Positions 17,810 to 26,815 of a DNA stretch of 35,032 nucleotides are shown in pieces. Numbering within the stretch: the stretch's first letter is position 1; each line of letters opens with the position of its first letter. The stretch is from Aciduliprofundum sp. (GTDB lineage: Archaea; Thermoplasmatota; Thermoplasmata; Thermoplasmatales; ARK-15). The position numbers and the translations under genes are program-made. The stretch lies in assembly GCA_002878135.1 (NCBI GenBank), contig PNIT01000176.1, forward strand, positions 1 to 35,032, given 5' to 3'. The notes beneath the pieces were generated by a model. It saw nothing but the letters and a program-made list of their open reading frames with translations, made no database searches and was not told the DNA's origin.

Positions 17810-19011
17810 GTTACATATAGAAGTGCAAATACAACGGCATCTTTAACAAGGTTATCAATCTTGCAGTATTCATTGGGACTGTGTTCAACAGGATCCAGCG
17901 TTGACCATACAACAGCGGGAAATCCCCTTCTCCTCAGGATTGCTGCGCATGTGCCTCCACCTATACCCACCAGCTTTGGCTCTATGCCCCTCTTTTCCCT
18001 GAGTATCCTGAGCAGCTTCTGTACGATCTCAGAATTCCTATCGGTTGTTCCAGCACTATCCGCCCTCTGAACGATGGAAAAATCTATGGTTGCTCCTGTG
18101 TTCCTCTCTACCCTGGCACATATGTTTTTAACATCCTCAATTACACTATCTATGGAATACTGTGGAAGTATCCTGCAGTCAAAGTAGAACCTTTCCTTTC
18201 CAGGTATTGTGTTTATGTTCTGCACGTTCGCTTCCCTCTTTGTGGGTTCAAAGGTGGAGTATGGTGGTATGAATATATCATCCCTCGCATCATATTTTAC
18301 GTGCAATTCTTTATCTATTTCAACTGCAATTTCATTGGCTATCCTGTGCGCATTCAGGCTGAGATCGGGTCTTGAGCCATGGCCCTGCCTTCCATTGACT
18401 GTGATGGAGAACCAAAGAATACCCTTTTCAGATATCTCCACCTCTGTACCATCCTCATTCCCTGAATCTGGTACAAGGAATTCATCCCCATCACCGAATT
18501 TATAATTCCGTACAACATACTCAAGGCCCCATCTGCTTCCCATCTCCTCATCTGATGCGAATATGAGGCCAATGGAATTCCTTGGCCTAATGCCAGATAT
18601 CTTCACAGCCTTGAATGCGTAGAGGGCACCAACAAGTGACTGCCCATTATCCTCACTGCCTCGGCCATATATCTTACCATCCTTTATGTAGGGCTTGAAC
18701 GGATCCCCTTCCCAGAGGCTCCTGTCGCCCTCTGGCACAGTATCCATGTGGGCCACTATCCATATTGTCTTTTCCCTGTTCTCACCATAGATCCTTGCCA
18801 ATATGTTTGGCCTTATGATACCCCTGTCATCCCTGGCATCCACCCTTATTATCTCATCAGGTCCTATCTCCCTGAGCTTTTTCTCCAGAAAGTTTGCCCT
18901 ATCAAGCTCACCCTTGCCACCGGATTCAGGGCTTATTGCCACAATGGGTATCATCTCCATTAGCGTATTTACCATATCATCCTTCATGGATAGTACAATA
19001 TTTTCAATCAT
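17806..19011 (-). CDS. M20 family metallo-hydrolase (DapE-like / dipeptidase)
   Basis: SPESGGKGE, AHMDTVP, GRGSEDNGQ, DEE, VPD, EKG, HGS, GGGT, HSPNE. Confidence 0.9.
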   Translation of the reverse strand: MIENIVLSMKDDMVNTLMEMIPIVAISPESGGKGELDRANFLEKKLREIGPDEIIRVDARDDRGIIRPNILARIYGENREKTIWIVAHMDTVPEGDRSLWEGDPFKPYIKDGKIYGRGSEDNGQSLVGALYAFKAVKISGIRPRNSIGLIFASDEEMGSRWGLEYVVRNYKFGDGDEFLVPDSGNEDGTEVEISEKGILWFSITVNGRQGHGSRPDLSLNAHRIANEIAVEIDKELHVKYDARDDIFIPPYSTFEPTKREANVQNINTIPGKERFYFDCRILPQYSIDSVIEDVKNICARVERNTGATIDFSIVQRADSAGTTDRNSEIVQKLLRILREKRGIEPKLVGIGGGTCAAILRRRGFPAVVWSTLDPVEHSPNEYCKIDNLVKDAVVFALLYVT

Positions 19012-19195
19012 CCCTTTTCACCTCTGCAAGTTCAGGGAGGAGCATTGGAATGCCCTCCTCTATCCTGTATATCCTTCCGCACTTCCTGCATCTAAGAGTT
19101 CCTCTCCTGATATCACCATTGCCCTCGATCACGCTTAGATCGAACTCCCCGAGGCAGACGGGGCACCTCAGTATCTCAAGTGTTTCAGCTTTCAT
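19004..19195 (-). CDS. trm112: Trm112-family zinc-binding methyltransferase activator
   Basis: MKAETLEILRCPVC...GTLRCRKC...YRIEEGIPMLL; start at ATG 19195, just after the sdhD stop. Confidence 0.85.
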   Translation of the reverse strand: MKAETLEILRCPVCLGEFDLSVIEGNGDIRRGTLRCRKCGRIYRIEEGIPMLLPELAEVKRDD

Positions 19196-19199
19196 CTTA

Positions 19200-19574
19200 T
19201 TATGTAAGGAAATAGTTAGATGTACCAATTATGGCATAGAGCAGCCATATGGCATATATGATCGTGGCAATGGCTACTATCCAGAATATTATGTTTATTA
19301 GTTTTATTCTCTTAACTCCCATGTCAAGTATTATTCCCCTGAGACCATTGAGCGCATGGTATGTGACCGATATTATGAAGGCTATGTAGAAGGCCTGCCA
19401 CCACGGGTCCTGCAGCCTCTCAAGTATCTTCTGGAAAAGTATGTTATTTATGCCATACGCATGTGCTATTATGAGATGAACACCTAGGAAGAAGACCATG
19501 AAGACTGCTGTAACCATCTGGAATAGCCAGGCCAGGGGCTCCATGCTTTTCTTAACACTCTCATTGAATGCCAT
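19200..19574 (-). CDS. sdhD: succinate dehydrogenase / fumarate reductase hydrophobic anchor subunit D
   Basis: WLFQMVTA, GVHL, YHALNGLRGIILD; three TM helices; operon position. Confidence 0.88.
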   Translation of the reverse strand: MAFNESVKKSMEPLAWLFQMVTAVFMVFFLGVHLIIAHAYGINNILFQKILERLQDPWWQAFYIAFIISVTYHALNGLRGIILDMGVKRIKLINIIFWIVAIATIIYAIWLLYAIIGTSNYFLT

Positions 19575-19964
19575 CTATGCTCCCCCCATGAAGCTTTCCA
19601 CAACAAAGTATGTTAGTATTAACCATCCTATAAGACCGAGGACCATCATTATCCAGAAGAATAGCTTCCTCTTCCTTGTTCCTATGCCAAACTCCTGGAC
19701 AACAAGTCTCACACCATTTGCACCATGGTAGAATATAACCAGGAATAGCAGTATATCAAGAACAACGAACGGAGGAGATTCGACAGTTGAAAGAAAATTC
19801 CTGTAAGCAATACCACCGTTGAGGAGCTGTGAGAGTGCTGTGAGATGCATGTAAAGGTAGAGAAGAATTACAAGCCCCGTCAATCTATGGAGAATGAAAG
19901 CTATGCCGCTCTGCAAATGCCTACCCTTTATGTTTATCCAGTTAAGTGAATCCTTGAAAGACAT
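19575..19964 (-). CDS. sdhC: succinate dehydrogenase cytochrome b subunit C
   Basis: ILHRLTG, LYMHL, YHGANGVR; three TM helices. Confidence 0.9.
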   Translation of the reverse strand: MSFKDSLNWINIKGRHLQSGIAFILHRLTGLVILLYLYMHLTALSQLLNGGIAYRNFLSTVESPPFVVLDILLFLVIFYHGANGVRLVVQEFGIGTRKRKLFFWIMMVLGLIGWLILTYFVVESFMGGA

Positions 19965-20687
19965 CTATTCCTTCACCCCCAGATGTAAAAATTTCTTCAG
20001 TTCATAACCGGCAGCCTGTACCTTAAGCTTCTGTATTGCACCTGCCGGATCAATGTCCTTGGGGCATGCCTCGGAACATTCAGAGGAGAAGTGGCATCTC
20101 CAGCATCCCTCTGCATCGCTAACAACCGCCAGCCTAAGGTTTTTACCCTGGTCCCTGCTATCGGCATTGAACCTGTATGCCGCAGCAAGTGCTGCTGGGC
20201 CAAGATAGAAAGGATCGCTTACGGCCACCGGGCATGCGGCAAGGCACGCACCGCATTTTATACATAGTGTAAATTGCTTGTATTTTGCAAGCTGTTCAGG
20301 GGATTGAAGCAGCTGCCCCTCAGGATTATCCTTCCTTATGAGATATGGTTTCACACTCTCATGCTTCTTGAAGAAACCATCAAAATCAACCACAAGATCC
20401 CTTATCCAGGGATAGCCTGCCAGTGGTTCAAGTGTTATCACCTTCTTACCAATGGTTTTTATCTGTGTGGAGCATGCAGTTCTTGGAAAATTGTTAACCA
20501 TTACTGCACAGGATCCGCACACCTCCATCCTGCATGATGCCCTGAAGGAGAGTGTTCTGTCAATGTTATCCCTTATGTAATAGAGGGCATCCAGTATAGT
20601 GGTACCATTCTCCACTGGCACCTCATAATCCCTGTATTCCCATTTTTCTGGCGTACCCTTCTTTATCCTAAAGATTACCTTATCCAT
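19965..20687 (-). CDS. sdhB: succinate dehydrogenase / fumarate reductase iron-sulfur subunit
   Basis: SCRMEVCGSC...AC (2Fe-2S), CIKCGACLAACP (4Fe-4S), CHFSSECSEACP (3Fe-4S). Confidence 0.95.
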   Translation of the reverse strand: MDKVIFRIKKGTPEKWEYRDYEVPVENGTTILDALYYIRDNIDRTLSFRASCRMEVCGSCAVMVNNFPRTACSTQIKTIGKKVITLEPLAGYPWIRDLVVDFDGFFKKHESVKPYLIRKDNPEGQLLQSPEQLAKYKQFTLCIKCGACLAACPVAVSDPFYLGPAALAAAYRFNADSRDQGKNLRLAVVSDAEGCWRCHFSSECSEACPKDIDPAGAIQKLKVQAAGYELKKFLHLGVKE

Positions 20688-20696
20688 ATGATCACC

Positions 20697-22397
20697 TCAG
20701 TACTTCCTTTCCTCCGGTTTCCATTTTGTTACCCTTACAGGTATGTAGCTGAGCTGTATCTCCCCATTGACCTTCTGTGCAATTGTATGTTTCATCCAGT
20801 TCACATCATCCCTCTTTGGATAATCTGTTCTATAGTGAGCACCCCTGCTTTCCTTCCTCGCAATTGCTCCAAGTATTACCACCTCCGCCACCTCCAGTAA
20901 GTTATCAAGCTCAAGGTAAGTGAACAGGTTTGTGTTGTATTCCATCACCCTGTCCTCCACATATACATTCCTGAACCTCTCCTGGAGTGATTTAACAATC
21001 TTCAGTGCGTCAAGGAGATCCTTCTCATTCCTGAATATGCCCACCTTCTCCTGCATGGTGTTGTTAAGTTCTCTCCTCAGAAGTGGGACTGTTTCATCAC
21101 CCCTCTTCTTGAAAGCCTCAACATAGATCCTGTTCTCCTCCGCCTTCACCTTCTCCATGTCTATGTCGTTCATCCTTGCATTCTTAACATATAGTGCCGC
21201 ATTCCTTCCGGAAATGTCACCGAAAACAAGGCACTCTGCAGTTGAATTTGATCCAAGCCTGTTTGCACCATGTATGCTTATGCATGAGGCCTCACCTGCT
21301 GTGAATATTCCCTTTACCGGTGTGCTTGTATCATTATCCGCATGTATTCCACCCATGGTGTAATGTGCAGCAGGCCTAACAGGCAATGGTTCATCCTTTG
21401 GATCTATTCCATTGAATTTAATTGCAATATCCCTTATGGCGGGTAATCTTTCCCTTATCTTTGCATCACCCAGGTGCCTCAGGTCAAGGAGCAGGTAGGG
21501 TCCCCATGGACCTGTAAAGCCCCTGCCCTCCTGTATCTCCCACATCATGGATCTTGAAACAACATCCCTGGGTGCAAGTTCCATCTTCTGCGGTGCATAT
21601 TTCTGCATGAACCTTTCATTCTTGTTGTTGAGGAGATATCCTCCCTCACCCCTTGCACCCTCGGTTATGAGTATGCCGGATGGTACTATACCAGTGGGGT
21701 GGAACTGAATGAACTCCATGTCCTTCAGCTGCATGCCTGCCTTCAGTGCCATTGCAGCACCATCACCTGTGACCGTATGTGAATATGTGGTGAATGAGTA
21801 TAGCCTCCCCAGGCCTCCGGTGGCAATTATCAGGGCCTTTCCCCTGAAGAGAACAAATTCACCATTCTTCATGTTTATGGCGGTGAGTCCTGAGAATCCC
21901 TCCTTATTTATTATGAAGGATGTTACGAAATACTCCTGGTACCTCTCTATGTTTTCATAGAAAAGCATCCTCTCATAGAGGGTATGAAGCGCATGAAAAC
22001 CTGTCCTGTCTGCAGCGTATGTTGCCCTGGGGAAGCTGTGACCACCGAATGGTCTCTGTGCAATCCTTCCATCGGGTAACCTGCTCCAGGGACATCCCCA
22101 GTGATCAAGGTCAAGAATCTCCTTGGGCATTGTCCTTACGAATATTTCAACGGCATCCTGATCCGCAAGGTAATCGCTACCCTTTATAGTATCGTAAGCG
22201 TGTAAATCATAGCTATCACCCTCATAAAGAACGGCTGCTGTACCTCCCTCTGCCGCTACAGAATGGGATCTGAGGAAAAATAGCTTTGATATGACTGCAA
22301 TCTTTATGTTCTTATCTGTTTCGGCAGCGGATATTGCTGCCCTGAGTCCCGCGAGACCTGCACCAAGTATCAATAAATCTGCCTCAATCTTCTCCAT
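20697..22397 (-). CDS. sdhA: succinate dehydrogenase / fumarate reductase flavoprotein subunit
   Basis: GAGLAG, RSHSVAAEGG (covalent-FAD His), QFHPTG, TEGARGEGG, LAPRD, HYTMGG, HGANRLG, ESRGAH. Confidence 0.97.
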   Translation of the reverse strand: MEKIEADLLILGAGLAGLRAAISAAETDKNIKIAVISKLFFLRSHSVAAEGGTAAVLYEGDSYDLHAYDTIKGSDYLADQDAVEIFVRTMPKEILDLDHWGCPWSRLPDGRIAQRPFGGHSFPRATYAADRTGFHALHTLYERMLFYENIERYQEYFVTSFIINKEGFSGLTAINMKNGEFVLFRGKALIIATGGLGRLYSFTTYSHTVTGDGAAMALKAGMQLKDMEFIQFHPTGIVPSGILITEGARGEGGYLLNNKNERFMQKYAPQKMELAPRDVVSRSMMWEIQEGRGFTGPWGPYLLLDLRHLGDAKIRERLPAIRDIAIKFNGIDPKDEPLPVRPAAHYTMGGIHADNDTSTPVKGIFTAGEASCISIHGANRLGSNSTAECLVFGDISGRNAALYVKNARMNDIDMEKVKAEENRIYVEAFKKRGDETVPLLRRELNNTMQEKVGIFRNEKDLLDALKIVKSLQERFRNVYVEDRVMEYNTNLFTYLELDNLLEVAEVVILGAIARKESRGAHYRTDYPKRDDVNWMKHTIAQKVNGEIQLSYIPVRVTKWKPEERKY

Positions 22398-22461
22398 GGG
22401 ATCTACCTCTTTAAATTCAATGATACCTCTATTGAAACTCCATATTTAAAAGATTCGAAAT

Positions 22462-23313
22462 CTATTCCTCAAATTCAAGATCCATCTCCCTGCTACCCTG
22501 CTTGTATAGATCCTTCCTGTGTGCCTCCAACATGTTTATTTCCTCATTGTTCATCTCCGCGTATGTGAAGATATTACCATTTTTATAAACATCCCCCAGC
22601 CTTTCCCTGTAGCTAAGGTCCCTGAGCAGATGGTGATCAAGAACCACTCTATCTATCTCTTTTGATATTTTTTTCAGGTTTTCAATGCTCCTCTCGAGAT
22701 CCCTCTGGGAGAATCTGTAGCCAAGGAAATATGTTGGTGGTCCATCAATGATGGCCAGATCAGGATTCTCATTTATTATGTAATCTGCAACGGATTCAAC
22801 AATCGGCCCTTCAACATCTGAAGAAAATAGTACCTTACCATTCCTTTCCACTGTTACTGAGAATACGAAACCCAGTTTCGATTTCTCATCCCCGTGATGG
22901 AATGGGGGTGAAATCTTTATCCTTGTTCCTGAGATATCAAATGTGTTTGAGTCACCTATCTCATATTTTTTTATCCTGTTTATGAAATACTCAGCCCTTA
23001 TCCTCTGGCTCCTGTTTATGTTTTTCTCTGGATTCTTAATTATTAGCCTCTTGTTGTCATAAAAATTCCCCTCAGGGTCATAGTGATCATAGTGGTAATG
23101 AGTGATAATTATTATGTCCGAAGCTTCTGCAAGTGAATTTATTTTCTTCTTGCACTCCTGGAGCTTCCTGTACTCAATCTCCGTTGGTCTCAGGCCATAC
23201 CTGTAAGGTCCAAGCGATGCCGATGGATCTATGGATATCTTGATGCCAGAATCTATGAAAATTGCCATGGACCTCACACCCTGTGAATCTGAACAAATAA
23301 ACCTGAGATCCAT
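22462..23313 (-). CDS. MBL-fold metallo-hydrolase, UPF0282-like
   Basis: DSQGVRSM, IDP, THYHYDH, HG, SDVEGP, GPPTY, DHHLLRD. Confidence 0.85.
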   Translation of the reverse strand: MDLRFICSDSQGVRSMAIFIDSGIKISIDPSASLGPYRYGLRPTEIEYRKLQECKKKINSLAEASDIIIITHYHYDHYDPEGNFYDNKRLIIKNPEKNINRSQRIRAEYFINRIKKYEIGDSNTFDISGTRIKISPPFHHGDEKSKLGFVFSVTVERNGKVLFSSDVEGPIVESVADYIINENPDLAIIDGPPTYFLGYRFSQRDLERSIENLKKISKEIDRVVLDHHLLRDLSYRERLGDVYKNGNIFTYAEMNNEEINMLEAHRKDLYKQGSREMDLEFEE

Positions 23314-23379
23314 ATTTCACAATATGATCTCTTTTATTTACTTTTTTGGGGGAATTTTAAATAACCTGAAATTTTAAGG

Positions 23380-24921
23380 GTGAGTATGCAGGTAACAAGA
23401 TCCGAAATAAGGGCACATAAAAGGAAGATCTACATCTCCGTTCTGAGGTTTCTCCTGATAATAAGGAAGATCCATAGATATTCAAAGAAGGGCAGGAGTG
23501 AAAAGGTGAGGAAGCTTGCGGAGAAGAATGTTGAAATATTCTACAGGCTGGGCCCTACATTCATAAAATTTGGGCAGGCCCTTTCATCCAGGGGTGACAT
23601 GTTCCCCCAGGAGTACATAGACAAGATGTCGGAGCTACAGGATATTGTTCCACCAGCTCCATTCGAGGAGATAAGGAAGGAGATAGAGGAGGAGTACGGA
23701 AGACCACTGGAGTCCGTCTTTGAAGAATTTGAAAGTGAACCAATCTTTTCAGCAAGCCTTGGACAGGTTCATCTGGCAAAGCTCAATGGAAGGAGGATAG
23801 TTGTTAAGGTCCTCAGGCCGGGGATAAGGAGGAGGGTGGAACTTGACCTGGGTGCAATAAAGAGCATGAAGTTTCTTTTTAAGGTCCTGATGGGCGATGA
23901 ATTCTACTTCATGGCACAGAGGATGATATCAACATTTGAAAGGAGCATATACGACGAGATGGATTATAGAAAGGAGGCAAGGAACCTTCTTGAGATATCT
24001 GGAAATCTTTACTCAAGGGAAAAGGACCTGAGGATACCAGGCATATACTTGGATCTTGTGAGGGAAAAGGTTCTACCAATGGAGTACATACCCGGAATTA
24101 AGATAACGGATGTTGAAAAACTCAAGGAGAAGGGATTTGACCTGAAATCACTTGCATCCAGGGTGGTCGAGGTATTCACCACCATGGTTATTAAGGATAA
24201 TGTTTTCCATGCCGACCCACATCCAGGTAACATATATGTGGATGAGGATGGGTCTCTGATACTCTACGATTTTGGTATGGTGGGAAGACTGGATAAAAAG
24301 ACGAGAAGGAACCTATTCCTTCTCTACAATGCCCTCATATCCAAGGATCCTGATATGATAATAGATGCCATGATAAGGCTCGATGCCCTTGATCCTTACG
24401 CTGACAGGTATGTTATAAAGAAGGGAATTGCTCTTGCCCTGAGGTCACTTGAGGGGCAGCAGGTAAGCGAATACGAAGTAAGGGAGCTAGTAAACTTTGC
24501 AAATAGGATATTCTATGAGTTTCCATTCAGGCTTCCGGATAACCTGGCACTATTCATAAGAATGTACGTTCTCATGGAGGGTGTTGCCCTTACCCTGGAT
24601 CCTGAGTTCAATATGCTCGCCACTGTTGGAAGGATACTCGATTCACCTGGAATGAGGAGGGAGCTCATAACTAGTACATTATCATCAGAGTTTGAATCAA
24701 TTGTTTCAAATTACAGGGCAATTATGAGGATAATACCAAAGCTTGATGATTATCTCGACATGCAATCTAACTATAAAAGGGAGGATAAAAAGATCTATGA
24801 TTATATGATTCCTGGTTCGATACTGGTTGGAAGCTCAATACTTGCTCTGAGCTATCCCCTGATTTCTGCCGTGGGATTCACTTTATCTGCTTTACTCTTC
24901 ATCTATTTTTACTTTAAATGA
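23380..24921 (+). CDS. ABC1/AarF/UbiB family atypical kinase
   Basis: LGPTFIKFGQ (KxGQ), LQD, SASLGQVH, VKV.RP, E.DY..EA, FHADPHPGN, DFGMVG; two C-terminal TM helices. Start is GTG 23380 or ATG 23386. Confidence 0.92.
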   Translation: MSMQVTRSEIRAHKRKIYISVLRFLLIIRKIHRYSKKGRSEKVRKLAEKNVEIFYRLGPTFIKFGQALSSRGDMFPQEYIDKMSELQDIVPPAPFEEIRKEIEEEYGRPLESVFEEFESEPIFSASLGQVHLAKLNGRRIVVKVLRPGIRRRVELDLGAIKSMKFLFKVLMGDEFYFMAQRMISTFERSIYDEMDYRKEARNLLEISGNLYSREKDLRIPGIYLDLVREKVLPMEYIPGIKITDVEKLKEKGFDLKSLASRVVEVFTTMVIKDNVFHADPHPGNIYVDEDGSLILYDFGMVGRLDKKTRRNLFLLYNALISKDPDMIIDAMIRLDALDPYADRYVIKKGIALALRSLEGQQVSEYEVRELVNFANRIFYEFPFRLPDNLALFIRMYVLMEGVALTLDPEFNMLATVGRILDSPGMRRELITSTLSSEFESIVSNYRAIMRIIPKLDDYLDMQSNYKREDKKIYDYMIPGSILVGSSILALSYPLISAVGFTLSALLFIYFYFK

Positions 24922-25320
24922 TCATTCCACCTTTATCTTTGAAGCCTTTCCTATTGGAACAGTCACAGTCAAAACTCCATTCTCATACTTTGATGTTGCT
25001 TTTTCCTCCTCAACATTCACGGGTAATAATATTCTCTTATAGAATCTCTCAGGTCTCTGCCTCACATGTACAAGTGATTTTTCACCGTAATCTATCTTCC
25101 TGTTCACCTGTATCTTGAGGTATGCGGAGCTGATCTCCACGTTTATGTCCTCTTTCCTTAGACCTGGCAGGTCAGCGGTGATTACAAGATTGTTGTCTAT
25201 CTCCACTATATCCACTGGAGGTAGCACCGATTCAAAAAATCCCTTTCTCCTTTCAGCCATCAATTTCTCCACATCGTTTTTAATATCCTCCGTGAAGAAT
25301 TTTAGCCAAGTTTCCACCAT
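24922..25320 (-). CDS. hsp20: small heat shock protein (Hsp20/alpha-crystallin)
   Basis: PPVDI.E, ADLPG..KEDI, YENGVLTVTVP and C-terminal IKVE motif; AGGTGA RBS. Confidence 0.92.
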   Translation of the reverse strand: MVETWLKFFTEDIKNDVEKLMAERRKGFFESVLPPVDIVEIDNNLVITADLPGLRKEDINVEISSAYLKIQVNRKIDYGEKSLVHVRQRPERFYKRILLPVNVEEEKATSKYENGVLTVTVPIGKASKIKVE

Positions 25321-25668
25321 CTTATATCACCTATAAATTATAAGATGGTTTACTTAATTAATTTTTTGTTATAATTTTTGCCAATTTTATCAGGAATAAA
25401 CAGGTAAAAATCCTCTCAGAAAGATTAATTCTTCATAATTTTCCTTTATTTCTCTTTTAAATTAAAGACATTAAAAAAGATTAAAAGGATGATGTTAAAT
25501 AGAGTTCATAGATTAAAGATTTCTTAAAAAGCCCGTATTTACTAATGAATTAAAGTACCCGAAGAATTTAAGATGTAATTCTCATCGCTATGGAATTTTT
25601 TTTTTGGGATCACGATTTCTGTGCACTGGTAATTATTTATATCAGAAACATTTTATGGGGTATATATA

Positions 25669-26715
25669 ATGGAAACAGTTAATAGAAAACCGTACATATC
25701 GGTGATAATAACTGCCCATAACAGGAAGGAATTTCTTAAGGAAGCCATTCAGTCTGCATTAAATCAAACACTTGAAAGATCAAACTATGAGATCCTGGTA
25801 ATCAAGAATTTTAAGGATGAAGAGATAGACAGAATTATAGAGCAAAATGGTATAAGAAACATATTCACCAGGGATGAAAGCACGATAGGGGAAGATCTTG
25901 CACTAGGAATTGAGAAATCGGAGGGGGATGTCTTATGTTTTCTGGATGATGATCTATTTTTCCCTGAAAAATTGCAGACTGTTTTTAATAAATTTAAGAA
26001 ATACGATGAATTATCCTATTTCCATAATGGTGCATACTTCATAGATGAAAAAGGGAATTCCATAAAATTCTGGATAGAAGAACTGGACCAAGATTTAGTC
26101 TTTAAAGAAATCAAAAGTCTTGATCAACTATTAAAATTAATTGGTTATGGACTTTTCTTCAATATGAGCAGTATCAGTGTGAAAAAAAATAAAATTTCTC
26201 CATATCTGAATGAATTAAAATTAATTTCAACGAATCCTGATGTTTTTATGTTTTTTATATCAGTTTATCAAGAACCTAGGATGTTTATTCTCTCAAGAGA
26301 AAAATTGACGAAATACAGGGTGCATCAAAGTTCTTCAGTCTTCATTGGCACGGATGAAAAAGATTTAGCAAGAAATAAAATAGAATTCTGGTACAAGTCA
26401 ATCAGGAGTAATGGAATAATCTATGAAATAATAAAAAAGGATAAGTTCTTAGCACCTATAATTGATTATCATATAATTAAAAATAAATTTTTCATTCATT
26501 TATATGGAGAAAGAATTAATATTTCAATTATAGAAATTTTTAAATATATAAATTATGCAATTAAAGAAAAAGATTTGAAAGAATACATTGATGCCTTCTA
26601 TCACATATCCCTGATTTTACTGTCAAAGATCTTTTATGAAAAGATTGTTATTTACTATAGAAGAAGAAATTTTATGTATCTTAAAAGAAAATATGAATAT
26701 TATATTAATAAATAG
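25669..26715 (+). CDS. family 2 glycosyltransferase
   Basis: ISVIITAHNRKEFL, SALNQ, FLDDD, FNMSSI, LTKYRVH; visibly AT-rich, especially the 3' half. Confidence 0.88.
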   Translation: METVNRKPYISVIITAHNRKEFLKEAIQSALNQTLERSNYEILVIKNFKDEEIDRIIEQNGIRNIFTRDESTIGEDLALGIEKSEGDVLCFLDDDLFFPEKLQTVFNKFKKYDELSYFHNGAYFIDEKGNSIKFWIEELDQDLVFKEIKSLDQLLKLIGYGLFFNMSSISVKKNKISPYLNELKLISTNPDVFMFFISVYQEPRMFILSREKLTKYRVHQSSSVFIGTDEKDLARNKIEFWYKSIRSNGIIYEIIKKDKFLAPIIDYHIIKNKFFIHLYGERINISIIEIFKYINYAIKEKDLKEYIDAFYHISLILLSKIFYEKIVIYYRRRNFMYLKRKYEYYINK

Positions 26716-26815
26716 GGGTGTATATTTAAAAATCTCGGGAATCAAAGTAAAATTTCTCAGAAGGGTGTAATGAAAAATTATATCTACAATTAAGGAATTC
26801 ACTTATTAAGGTGAT

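Noticed and set aside
1-19011. Lysine (DAP) biosynthesis from dapA-like and two dapE-like genes
   Set aside because: Genes are dispersed, the aldolase lacks DHDPS signatures, and no asd/dapB/dapD/lysA is present.
25321-25668. Possible ncRNA, C/D box sRNA, MITE or CRISPR remnant in the longest spacer
   Set aside because: No GC-rich stems, no complete box C/D pair, no terminal inverted repeats or regularly spaced repeats found by eye.
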